From a bacterium (GTDB lineage: Bacteria > SAR324 > NAC60-12), in the NCBI GenBank assembly GCA_965205865.1, contig CBDBHR010000030.1:480001-544000 (forward strand): a stretch of 64,000 nt of DNA, given 5' to 3'. Below are positions 9,430 through 18,656 of the stretch, one piece after another. Positions within the stretch are counted from its first letter, which is position 1, and each line of letters starts with the position of its first letter. The notes below the pieces were generated by a model, which saw only the letters and a list, made by a program, of their open reading frames with translations, was not told the DNA's origin and did no database searches. The position numbers were made by a program, and so were the translations under genes.

Positions 9430-9613
9430 AGCCTCTTCCAAAAGTATTTGCCTTGTTTTTTCTTCACGGATGGCATTTTGACGGGCTTGGTATAAGTGAT
9501 AATAGGCTTCTTTTTCAGAAAATCGTTCTAAGATTGCCATTGCTTGCCTCATTTCAGGGGTGTTGATAATTTCAGGTAATTCTCTCCAATTTTCGGCTTC
9601 TTTAAAAAAATAC
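9430..9613 (-). pseudogene. internal Rpn-family fragment truncated at an IS66-like end
   Basis: The reverse strand reads YFFKEAENWRELPEIINTPEMRQAMAILERFSEKE...LLEEA, starting immediately beside the IR at 9614. Confidence 0.7.
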
Positions 9614-10645
9614 GTAACTATTCAGGTATCTTCAGAGAGCCCATCGATTTAAGCACGGATTTTGCAGGGTCGCTCTCGCGGAGGGTTCCCACACGATCGA
9701 TTAAACAATATCGTGGGAGGTCAACCCGGTCATCAAGGCCATCATTTGGCTTTCAGTGAATCGCCAGATCATGTGGAATTGTCAACACCTGTTAAGCCTG
9801 TGGAAAAGATTTATCCAAGGTGACGGTTGAGTCCACGCTTAAACGTCGACATCAGCCAAGAAGCACTCGAGCTCTATCCTGCAAAACCTCAAAAAAAGAA
9901 ACGAGGACGCCCCAAACAGACGAAAGCAAAAAATTTACTCGATCATTTGATCCTCTATGAAAAGGAAAGCTTGTTATTCATGCATGACTTTCAAGTTCCT
10001 TTTGACAACAACCAAGCCGAGAGAGATATCCGCATGGTCAAATTGAAACAGAAAATCTTATCGCCGTTGGAAAAAACGCTGGACTGTGGAGCGAACATTC
10101 GCTTTTTGGCTCATGCCGGAGATGGACCGCAATATATCTTTTTATAGCTGACCTCCTTTTTTGCGCAATTCTCCTGATCCAAACTTGCTATAGGCTTTGC
10201 GCCGTGTAGTAGTGCTGAAATCATGCCTTGTCGTTTTAGGGAAGGAGAGGATTTCCGCTCGTTTGATTCAAAATTAGCTGTGGAAGAGTTCCCGCTCGAT
10301 CGATTGAACAATACCCTGGGAGGATGTGAAAACGATGGATCCTCCCCAGGAATCTTTTTTCAACGTTATTGAACTGAACGGCTTCTGACTGTCCCCGGAT
10401 TTGAGCAGATTTATTGATTTTTATTTTTTTTTTGCGAATCCCGCATTTATTTTGCCTTGGGGGGTTGACATTGGGTTGTTATTATTGTACCAGAATGATG
10501 CCGTCACTGAGTTGTTTTAGTGACAGAAAGGGTTCTCGATCGATTGAGCAATATCGTGGGAGGACGTGAAAACGATTGATCTTCCCCGGGAATCTTTTTT
10601 AATGATATTTAAATAAACGGGTTTTTGAGAGACCTGAATAGTTAT
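9614..10645 (+). mobile_element. degenerate IS66-family-derived element
   Basis: Terminal IRs GTAACTATTCAGGT (9614-9627) and ACCTGAATAGTTAT (10632-10645) match at 13/14. There is an internal transposase remnant. No TSD seen. Confidence 0.6.
9827..10060 (+). pseudogene. IS66-family transposase C-terminal remnant
   Basis: [14 protein letters not shown]...[27 protein letters not shown]. Confidence 0.8.
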
Positions 10646-10766
10646 AATCTGTAATATGGAGTAATGTTATGCAACCGCAAAAAATGAAACTTGTTGCCTC
10701 CCACGTGGAGCTGAACCCGGCAGGCTTCTGGTCTGCTGCACAAAACTTGTCCTCGCGAAAGCGGGG

Positions 10767-12581
10767 ATGCAATCCTTGTTGCTCACCTTCACCCTGATGG
10801 TGGCCGCTTTTTGGGTCAGTCCGGCCGTGGCGGCTGATAAAGAGACTGTGACCGACCCCGCCACCGGCAGGACTTGGACTGCGCCTGAGTATGGCGGGAC
10901 ACTCACTTGGGCCGCCAGACACCATCCTCCGGTTATTGACCCCTGGTTTAATCCTACCTGGGCGCAACACTTTATCGGTGGTGTTAATGAGGACCTAGTC
11001 TTCGCCGACTGGGGACTATCCAGGGATATATGGCGCGGTGAACAAGCCCGGATTAATACCCCCGAGATGGCTAGAGGGGCTCTGGCTGAAAGCTGGTCAA
11101 TGCCCGACGACACAACGTTCGTCTGGAACATCCGCAAGGGCGTTAACTGGGACGATAAGGCGCCGGTGAACGGCCGAGAGTTTGATGCCTATGACGTCGA
11201 ATGGAACTATCACCGCTATTTGGGTCTGGGCGATTTCACCGAAGACGGACCCAGCCCACACGCAGGCAATTTCTTGAGTCTATCGGGTGGGGCACAGCAC
11301 GAGGTTGTCGAATCGGTAACGGCCACCGACAAATGGACGGTTGTTGTTAAGCTGAAGAAGCCTATACTCGATCCGTTTGCGAAATTTCTCGCCAACTATT
11401 TTTTCGTGCTCCCTCGCGAGGTAATCGAGAAATACGGCGACGCTAAGGACTGGAGGAACGTGGTCGGCACCGGGCCCTTGAGACTGACTGACTGGGTCGA
11501 GGGCAGCTCGGCAAGCTGGGAGAAGAATCCTAACTACTGGAAGGACGACGAGAAGTTCCCGGGGAACCGCCTGCCCTATATTGACGAGTACAAATCCCTG
11601 CTGATGCCAGACATTTCAACACGTCTGGCGTCACTGCGCACGGGTAAGATTGATATGTTGAGTCAACTCGGCGACGCTTATATAACCTCTATCGACAATG
11701 TAGCGTCACTCCAGAAGACCAACCCTGAAATGGAGTTCTGGCCCGTTTATGGCCGGCCAAGTGGCGTTTTCCTTTTTAACCACTCTATGCCGCTCACGCA
11801 GGACGTCAACGTGCGCAAGGCACTGCAGATGGCAGTGGACCGCGAGACAATGGCCGCTTCCTACTTTAAAGGGTATGCGGATCCAGCGCCTTATGGGATG
11901 GTTGGGCAATTCAATGAGGCAGGGTGGTACTGGCCATATAAAGACTGGCCCGACGAGGTCAAGGCAGGCTATAGGTATGACCCGGCAGGGGCAGAAGCGT
12001 TGCTTGATGAGGCTGGATATCCGCGCGGCGCCGACGGCTATAGATTCAAGATCAAGATAAACGTGTTCGACAGGTTCGAGCCGACCTATGGAGAGGTCCT
12101 CATGGGGTACTTCGACGCCATTGGCATTGAAACCACCGATCTTAGAATTTTGACTGGAGCTGAGATTGGTCCTCTTGTCGGTAACCCGGACACGCACGAG
12201 TGGGCGTTATCTGCTATGTATTATGGGTACTTCGCCGGCAGCTCCTTTTTTCCGTATACCTTTAACATTGTTACTCAAAACCCCACGCTGAATTCTTGGG
12301 GGAGCTTGGCCAATGCGAAGGACCCGCGTATGGACGCCCTGTATGTTGCCGCCAAAGAAACTACCGACATTGAGGAGTTTAAGAGTCTTTGGAGACAGGC
12401 CGATGAGATCACTGTAAGGGAGCACTGGGGCCTGGTTAAACCCAACTCCCCTATGTTTTTCGTGAGCCAGCCGTGGGTCCAGGGTTATTTCGGTGAAGCA
12501 ACAATGGGACAGGGTGAACGTAATACCCACCTAGCCCGCATCTGGATTGATAGTGAGCTGAAGAAAGCAATGGGTCATTAG
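10767..12581 (+). CDS. ABC transporter substrate-binding protein, family 5 (paralog 2); the SD-linked ATG at 10669 is out of frame by one base
   Basis: Collinear with 4811..6841 and has the same family motifs. Confidence 0.9.
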   Translation: MQSLLLTFTLMVAAFWVSPAVAADKETVTDPATGRTWTAPEYGGTLTWAARHHPPVIDPWFNPTWAQHFIGGVNEDLVFADWGLSRDIWRGEQARINTPEMARGALAESWSMPDDTTFVWNIRKGVNWDDKAPVNGREFDAYDVEWNYHRYLGLGDFTEDGPSPHAGNFLSLSGGAQHEVVESVTATDKWTVVVKLKKPILDPFAKFLANYFFVLPREVIEKYGDAKDWRNVVGTGPLRLTDWVEGSSASWEKNPNYWKDDEKFPGNRLPYIDEYKSLLMPDISTRLASLRTGKIDMLSQLGDAYITSIDNVASLQKTNPEMEFWPVYGRPSGVFLFNHSMPLTQDVNVRKALQMAVDRETMAASYFKGYADPAPYGMVGQFNEAGWYWPYKDWPDEVKAGYRYDPAGAEALLDEAGYPRGADGYRFKIKINVFDRFEPTYGEVLMGYFDAIGIETTDLRILTGAEIGPLVGNPDTHEWALSAMYYGYFAGSSFFPYTFNIVTQNPTLNSWGSLANAKDPRMDALYVAAKETTDIEEFKSLWRQADEITVREHWGLVKPNSPMFFVSQPWVQGYFGEATMGQGERNTHLARIWIDSELKKAMGH

Positions 12582-12616
12582 TGGCTTCACCCCTTGTGGC
12601 TGACCTCAGGGAAAAA

Positions 12617-12649
12617 GGGAGCTGGGAGGCTTGAGCTTCCCAGCTCCCT
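12617..12649 (+). terminator. strong hairpin after SBP2 (terminator or mRNA stabiliser)
   Basis: AGGGAGCTGGGAGGC-TTGA-GCTTCCCAGCTCCCT, with only a weak T tail on the + strand. Confidence 0.55.
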
Positions 12650-12688
12650 TGCTTAACTAATTGAACGCCGAGAGGAGTCCTTTCGTAC

Positions 12689-12765
12689 TGTCATCCCGGA
12701 CTTGATCCGGGATCCAGGAGTTCTTGGGTAGGTCCCCTAGATTCCGGGTCAAGCACGGAATGACA
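12689..12765. repeat. 77-bp composite palindromic element (TGTCAT...ATGACA), copy 1
   Basis: Two sub-hairpins. A diverged copy of the same length lies at 40105-40181. Confidence 0.75.
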
Positions 12766-12850
12766 AATCAAACTAAATAGTCGTTCCTGAAACAAGGCTC
12801 AACTATATCCTGACAGCAGTTCTAATCCGCAGAATGATGAGGAGTGTCAC

Positions 12851-13216
12851 ATGAGAGCCTATCTCATCAGGCGGTTATTGCTGATCATCCCCACCCTGTT
12901 CATATTGACCATCATCGTCTTTCTCGCGGTGCGCTTCATCCCCGGCGATGCAGTAGACGTAATTCTGGCTAGCATGGAAAGCTCTGAACTGGCTCAACGT
13001 GAGACTCTTGAGCGTATGCTGGGATTAGACGTGCCCGTCTACGTGCAGTATGGACGCTGGATAGGAGTGTTGCCGACCCCTGACTGGGTTACCGGTGAGC
13101 CCCAGTTTAGAGGTCTCCTCCAGGGCACCTTTGGCGACTCAATGCGGGGCTGGTCGCCATCGGTGGCGCTGATTCCCTTCAATGTTTATCCCATCTATTA
13201 TTATTGCTCCTACTAA
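12851..13216 (+). pseudogene. truncated second DppB-like permease
   Basis: Matches the N-terminus of 6953..7954, jumps to GWSPS, then loses similarity. Confidence 0.85.
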
Positions 13217-13367
13217 AAATGATTCACTCCTGAGATTCTAAATTAACGTCTATTCCGGAATTAGACTGAACGACGGAGGCGCAAATCGATACGCTGAGGA
13301 ATTTCCTCGTCCACCACGCTACTTGGGTATACCCGCCCGAGGTCAAGAAGCACGGCGATTTTATAGT

Positions 13368-15074
13368 TTACGAAGCCCCACGCAGGATACGTCCGGGGCG
13401 CTCACCGGTCAGTTCATCATCCTGCAGGACCACCTGGCCGTTGCAGACGGTCGCTTTGTATCCGACTGCATGCTGAATGAACCGCGGCGCGCCGAAGGGG
13501 AAGTCATGCGCGATTTCCGGCATGCGTTCTTCGAGCCGGTCGATATCGAACACATTGAGGTCGGCGCGTTTACCCTCAGCTATGGTGCCACGATCCTCGA
13601 GACCCAACACAGTGGCTGGCATAGCGCTGATGCGTCGCACGGCTTCTTGAATTGAGTAAATCCCCTTGTCCCGATGCCAGTGTGAAAGGATGAAGGTGGC
13701 CCAACCGGAGTCCATCATCTGGCTGACATGGGCACCGGCATCACCAAGACCAGGCATGGCCCACTCCGTAGTGATCAAAGCGGGAAGGGCATCAAGGTCT
13801 TGGTTGGCAAAGCGAAAATGGAAAAGGGCTTTCCCATTCGTCTGGTCGCTAATACGCAGCCAGGTTTCCACCGGGTGTTCACCTGCTGCTTTCGCTAAGG
13901 CAACCAGATTTTGCGAGAGATCCTGGGTGTAGCAGGGCCGGGCAGCATCACCCATATAGAAGCACCACTTCATCCATTCGATATATTCTGTCTCCTGGGC
14001 TTTCGCTTCTTCTACCAGGCGTTTTCGGGTTTCAGGGTTGCGAATGGCTTGCACCCGCCCCTCCGGATCGAGTTTGCGAAGTTCCTGCCATGCGGGAGGC
14101 AGAACATTTGGGTTTTCGAAGGATATACGATAGAAGTTATGAGTTGAGAGGCCGCCCACGCCGCTGACGCTGCGAGCCGGCGTCACGGAGTTGATATTGA
14201 GGCCTTCGGCGCGCATTGCCGTCACACGCTCATTCAGACGCTCAAAGCCCTGATCGATCACGGAACTGAATAAGACCCCTCGTGTCAAGCGGGCTTCATC
14301 AGCGAAGAGATCCATTTCCGCATCGAAGTTGACGTCGCCAAAGCCGTTATCTTTTCTTAAGTGAGAGACGGTTTGCATGATGCCACCCTGCGCTCCCACT
14401 TCCTTCGCAACGGCGCGTAACTCAGCACGATCGGCAAACGTCCCTGGGATGGAACGGCCATCAGGCAAGCGGTGTGGAGGGAAACGATTGGTTGAGAAAC
14501 CGACGGCGCCTTCTTTCACGGACTGACCTGCTAACTCAGCAATCTGACGGATCTCCTCCTCGGTCGCCAATTCTTCGACCGATCGCTCCCCCATGACATA
14601 AAAACGGATCGCGCAATGCCCCACCAATCCGCAAATGTTGATCGATGGTCTCAGCACTTCAAGGGCGTCCAGGTAACCTCCGTAGGACTGCCAACTCCAG
14701 GGCAGTCCATGCAGGATCGCTTGCTTGGGGATGTCCTCAACCGATTCCATCATCCCCGCCAGAAATTCACGGTCAGAGACCTTGCATGGAGCAAAGGAGA
14801 CCCCGCAATTGCCGATCAGCGCCGTGGTGACGCCATGCCAGCTCACTGAAGTGACTTGAGGATCCCAGCCGATCTGGGCGTCGAGGTGCGTGTGTAAATC
14901 GATAAAACCTGGCGAGACCATGAGGCCCTCGGCTTGAATTTCCTGTTTGCCTTTGCCACTGACTTTGCCGATCTCAACGATCTGGTCTCCCTTAATAGCG
15001 ACATCCGCTTGAAAGGGTTCTGCTCCGGTACCGTCCACAACGGTACCGTTCCTGATAACGAGGTCATGACTCAT
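13368..15074 (-). CDS. amidohydrolase, N-acyl-D-amino-acid deacylase family
   Basis: DLVIRNGTVVDGTG, PGFIDLHTHLD, HGVTT..GNCG, DAGAH, DRG.I..GKRADLNVFD. Confidence 0.9.
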   Translation of the reverse strand: MSHDLVIRNGTVVDGTGAEPFQADVAIKGDQIVEIGKVSGKGKQEIQAEGLMVSPGFIDLHTHLDAQIGWDPQVTSVSWHGVTTALIGNCGVSFAPCKVSDREFLAGMMESVEDIPKQAILHGLPWSWQSYGGYLDALEVLRPSINICGLVGHCAIRFYVMGERSVEELATEEEIRQIAELAGQSVKEGAVGFSTNRFPPHRLPDGRSIPGTFADRAELRAVAKEVGAQGGIMQTVSHLRKDNGFGDVNFDAEMDLFADEARLTRGVLFSSVIDQGFERLNERVTAMRAEGLNINSVTPARSVSGVGGLSTHNFYRISFENPNVLPPAWQELRKLDPEGRVQAIRNPETRKRLVEEAKAQETEYIEWMKWCFYMGDAARPCYTQDLSQNLVALAKAAGEHPVETWLRISDQTNGKALFHFRFANQDLDALPALITTEWAMPGLGDAGAHVSQMMDSGWATFILSHWHRDKGIYSIQEAVRRISAMPATVLGLEDRGTIAEGKRADLNVFDIDRLEERMPEIAHDFPFGAPRFIQHAVGYKATVCNGQVVLQDDELTGERPGRILRGAS

Positions 15075-15433
15075 AGTATTCCTTTAATTTTTTGGTTTTT
15101 CTCTGATCACTAAAAACGATTGTGAAGGACGGTATGAATGCAAGCATATTACTTTGCTGTTTCCTAAAAGACAATATCATTGGAAAAACGTTTTTGAAAA
15201 TCCATTATAACGGACGGCTATAACAAACGGTCAAGTCAACCGTACTACTCTTAACCTAAAACTTTTGGACCCCATCTTCCTATTGGTTTTCTAAATCAAA
15301 ATGGTCCATATTCCTCGCTTCGGTTTATTTTCATTGGAAAGCGATACGGGGAACTCGCTCGGACAGTTAACCCCCGCAAAGCTTGCCAGGCTCCGCTTCT
15401 CCACAGTTGAGAGCTTTTGTTATTATGAATCGC

Positions 15434-16528
15434 TCAACTTAGATCTGAATAAGGAGCCAGACGGACTGTTTGCCTGCGGGCTCCCCAGGTTCCCGGATAT
15501 TCGGCAAACTTCCCCAAGCAACGAGTTCCACAGTTATTGCAGCGTCCCTCTTCGGATAGATTCCAATCACTCAGCACATACCAGTCCCGGCCGATGAGAA
15601 TCTGACCACACTGATGGCAATATGTGCTGGCAGCCGATTTGTCGCTTACATTTCCCACATAGACATAACGGATGCCATTTTTCATGGCAATATTTCGTGC
15701 TCGAATGAGTGTGGACGGTGGAGTGCGCAGGATATTCCGCATCTTCCAATCAGGGTGAAATGCTGTAAAGTGAAGGGGAACTGCCGGACCCAGATTTTCC
15801 ACGATCCACTGAGTCATCTCCTCCAGTTCCTGCTCCGAATCATTGTGTCCCGGGATGATCAGATTCGTAATTTCAAACCAGACCTTGGTTTCATACTTTA
15901 AATATTTTAAAGTCTCCAGCACTGGGGAGAGTTGCCCGGCGCAAAGCCGCTTATAAAATTGTTCTGTAAAACCTTTGAGATCCACATTGGCGGCGTCCAT
16001 ATTTTGAAAGAATTCTTCTCTCGCCTGCGGAGTGATGTATCCTGCTGTCACCGCCACGGAATCAATGCCTTCTTCCTTGCATGCCTTTGCGATATCAACG
16101 GCATATTCTAAAAAAATTACAGGGTCGTTATACGTGTAGGCCACACTGCGGCATCCTGACTGTTTGGCGGCTCTGGCAATGGTTTCCGGAGTGGCTTCAT
16201 CCATCAGACGGTCCAACTCGCGAGATTTGCTGATGTCCCAGTTCTGACAAAACTTGCAGGCCAAATTGCATCCTGCGGTTCCAAAGGATAAAACAGGGGT
16301 GCCGGGTAGGTAATGGTTCAATGGTTTCTTTTCAATAGGATCTATGCAAAATCCACTGGATCGCCCATAGGTGGTCAGCAAGAGTCGATCGTCCTCCCGT
16401 TTGCGTACAAAACACAATCCCCGTTGCTCATTGCGCAATCGGCAAAAGCGAGGGCAGATATCACATTGAATGCGACCATCGGCCATCTGGTGCCAGTATC
16501 GTGCTGTTTTATTCAACTTCCGCCCCAA
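15434..16528 (-). CDS. amrS: AmmeMemoRadiSam system radical SAM enzyme
   Basis: CDICPRFC zinc site, DPIEKKPL, CNLACKFCQNWDIS cluster motif. Adjacent to amrA and amrB. Confidence 0.93.
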   Translation of the reverse strand: MGRKLNKTARYWHQMADGRIQCDICPRFCRLRNEQRGLCFVRKREDDRLLLTTYGRSSGFCIDPIEKKPLNHYLPGTPVLSFGTAGCNLACKFCQNWDISKSRELDRLMDEATPETIARAAKQSGCRSVAYTYNDPVIFLEYAVDIAKACKEEGIDSVAVTAGYITPQAREEFFQNMDAANVDLKGFTEQFYKRLCAGQLSPVLETLKYLKYETKVWFEITNLIIPGHNDSEQELEEMTQWIVENLGPAVPLHFTAFHPDWKMRNILRTPPSTLIRARNIAMKNGIRYVYVGNVSDKSAASTYCHQCGQILIGRDWYVLSDWNLSEEGRCNNCGTRCLGKFAEYPGTWGARRQTVRLAPYSDLS

Positions 16529-17102
16529 ACTCGATTGTTGCGTAACGCTCCACCCGGATGGTCTCGGACCAATAGTCGGCAGGCAGTTTTGTTTTCATTT
16601 TCAGGTGTTCCAGGAAAGCCTGGGGTGAGGGAAAATCGTTCCAGACACTGGGGAGAAACGTTCCTCGCCGATTCCCATCCGTCAAAATCAAACCATCAAC
16701 GCCGGGATGCAGTTGCGCGATCAAATTTGCTTCCGAATGAAATACAACCGCTATTGCCCGGCTCAATACAGATATTTTGATATCCAAATCATCCCACTCT
16801 TCCGGACGTAAAAAGGGGAATCGTGAATCCCGGAAAGCTGCGGCATAAGCATTTTCCAGCACATCATGGGCCAGGGGACGCTTCGCCTCCATGGAACCAA
16901 TGCATCCCCGCAGATTCGTCAGTTTGCTCAAAGTAACAAAGGATGCCCCGTTTTCTCCCAGAATTCCCTGCAGATCTTCTGATTTCGTTTTCAGGACTTT
17001 TCCCTTTTCCAAGCCGTGTCGTATCGATAAGGCTGCTAAACTATACAGGTGATTCTTCTCTTTTACAGTCAAGAAGTCTTGATTGACGGAATATTCTTCC
17101 AT
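16509..17102 (-). CDS. amrA: AmmeMemoRadiSam system protein A (AMMECR1 domain)
   Basis: GASFVTL, LRGCIGS, AAF.D.RF, TFLPSVW. Confidence 0.93.
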   Translation of the reverse strand: MEEYSVNQDFLTVKEKNHLYSLAALSIRHGLEKGKVLKTKSEDLQGILGENGASFVTLSKLTNLRGCIGSMEAKRPLAHDVLENAYAAAFRDSRFPFLRPEEWDDLDIKISVLSRAIAVVFHSEANLIAQLHPGVDGLILTDGNRRGTFLPSVWNDFPSPQAFLEHLKMKTKLPADYWSETIRVERYATIEFGAEVE

Positions 17103-17142
17103 GGAGAGGATTACCGGAGAGAAAGTTACTGCAGGAACTTAT

Positions 17143-17955
17143 TTAAGATTCAGTCAATATCCATGATCCATAGCCAACGACCCGGTCCTTGTTTCCGACA
17201 CTATCTCCTGAATTGCAAAGATTCACTCGCCGGATTCGAAGTTGCCGCTTCTGCGCAATGGTCAGTAAGCCTCTGATTGGATTACGTCCACAGGCGCTTT
17301 CGTAATCCAGTTTTTCCCCCTCAAACCGTTCAATATATTCTGCGGTTTCCAGGTCCATACGTTGAGCGGTTCGGTAATCGTGAAAATGGCTCAAATCCGA
17401 ACTGATCACAATCAAGGTTTCCACTCCCCCCCAAAGCGTTTCCAGAATTGCTCCTATTTGCAATCCAGTCGCATCTCCCACTACCAGGGGGATCAAGACA
17501 AAATCTTCCAAGCATTCCTGCAAAAATGGTAGATGGACTTCCAGACTGTGTTCGGTAGCATGAGCGGCATCCAGGATTTGCGCATAATCGTATTGCCGTA
17601 ACAATTGTTGAATTTGTGAAAGATCAATTGGGATGCGACCCAAAGGGGTTGCAAAGTATTCCGTAGAGGGGGCGGCTAATCCGATAAGCGGGACCCGGTG
17701 CGCAGGGCCTAAAAGCACGACTCGCTTGATGCGGGATTTTGCGGATAGGAGGGATCGATAGGCGATTGCGGCAACAGAACCGGAATATTTGTACCCTGCA
17801 TGTGGAGCAATAATGGCCTTAGCAGTCATTTTTTCGGAATCCGGGGAAGAATCCAGGAATTCCTTGATTTGTTTACGAAGAACTGCAGGATTTCCCGGAT
17901 AAAATAAACTGGCCACTGCCGGGGGACGGATAGTCTTTGCAGATGAATCTATCAT
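17143..17955 (-). CDS. amrB: AmmeMemoRadiSam system protein B (MEMO-like)
   Basis: RPPAVA..FYP, PHAGYKYSG, EHSLEVHLPFLQ, SSDLSHF, VVGY. Start trimmed to ATG 17955. Confidence 0.93.
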   Translation of the reverse strand: MIDSSAKTIRPPAVASLFYPGNPAVLRKQIKEFLDSSPDSEKMTAKAIIAPHAGYKYSGSVAAIAYRSLLSAKSRIKRVVLLGPAHRVPLIGLAAPSTEYFATPLGRIPIDLSQIQQLLRQYDYAQILDAAHATEHSLEVHLPFLQECLEDFVLIPLVVGDATGLQIGAILETLWGGVETLIVISSDLSHFHDYRTAQRMDLETAEYIERFEGEKLDYESACGRNPIRGLLTIAQKRQLRIRRVNLCNSGDSVGNKDRVVGYGSWILTES

Positions 17956-17977
17956 AATCCGCTCTACTGGTTTTTCC

Positions 17978-18304
17978 CTATTTCGCATTTTCGGAAGGCT
18001 GAGTTTTTTCTCTGATTTTCCGAACAATTTGATCAACCAAATCCGGCATTGCTTGCGCAATAGCCTTTTGCACTGAAGATGCAATCACTTTTTCCAGTAA
18101 TCGTCCCAGTTGCTCGGACGCGTTGCTATCCGGAAAATCCGTTCTCATCGATTCCTCATTGTCCTTAACAATTTCTTGTTCTTTCTGGCGTACAGCTTCT
18201 TTTGTAAGGTCTTCTTCAAAGATATCATCTTTTGTGATTGCATCAACGGATTTTTCCTGGAAAACTTCAGAAACGATATCCCATTCTTTTTCTGATCTTG
18301 CCAT
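17978..18304 (-). CDS. acidic helical hypothetical protein, first gene of the amr operon
   Basis: AAAGGAG RBS upstream, 108 codons, co-oriented and just upstream of amrB. Confidence 0.65.
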   Translation of the reverse strand: MARSEKEWDIVSEVFQEKSVDAITKDDIFEEDLTKEAVRQKEQEIVKDNEESMRTDFPDSNASEQLGRLLEKVIASSVQKAIAQAMPDLVDQIVRKIREKTQPSENAK

Positions 18305-18656
18305 GCGGGATTGCTCCTTTAATGTCCTGTTTTAAAAGAAATCTGTCAACGCAATCACGAGAATTTATTTCCAATTCAGCATCTTTATCAACTGACGCCA
18401 TCTCGCCTGCACTTGTCAGTGATCGGAATTGCTGATAAAAGTCAAGTCCAAGCAGTCTTATAAATTCACTCATTTCGATATTTTGTAATTATAACCGATG
18501 CAATACGCCATCGCAAGCAGGACCCTTGGAAAGCATGAGTTCGGAGTGTGACCGTTCCTTGACTCAGCACAATAGCTCATTTCCAAGATTGAGACGTATG
18601 CCAAATGACTCTCAATCTTCGAACCCCCTATTCTTCTCATCACTTTCATACCGATA

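Noticed and set aside
2654-15235. Exact 15-mer TAACAAACGGTCAAG at 2654 and 15221, as possible island boundary repeats
   Set aside because: One or more 15-bp matches are expected by chance in 64 kb, and there is no integrase or tRNA target.
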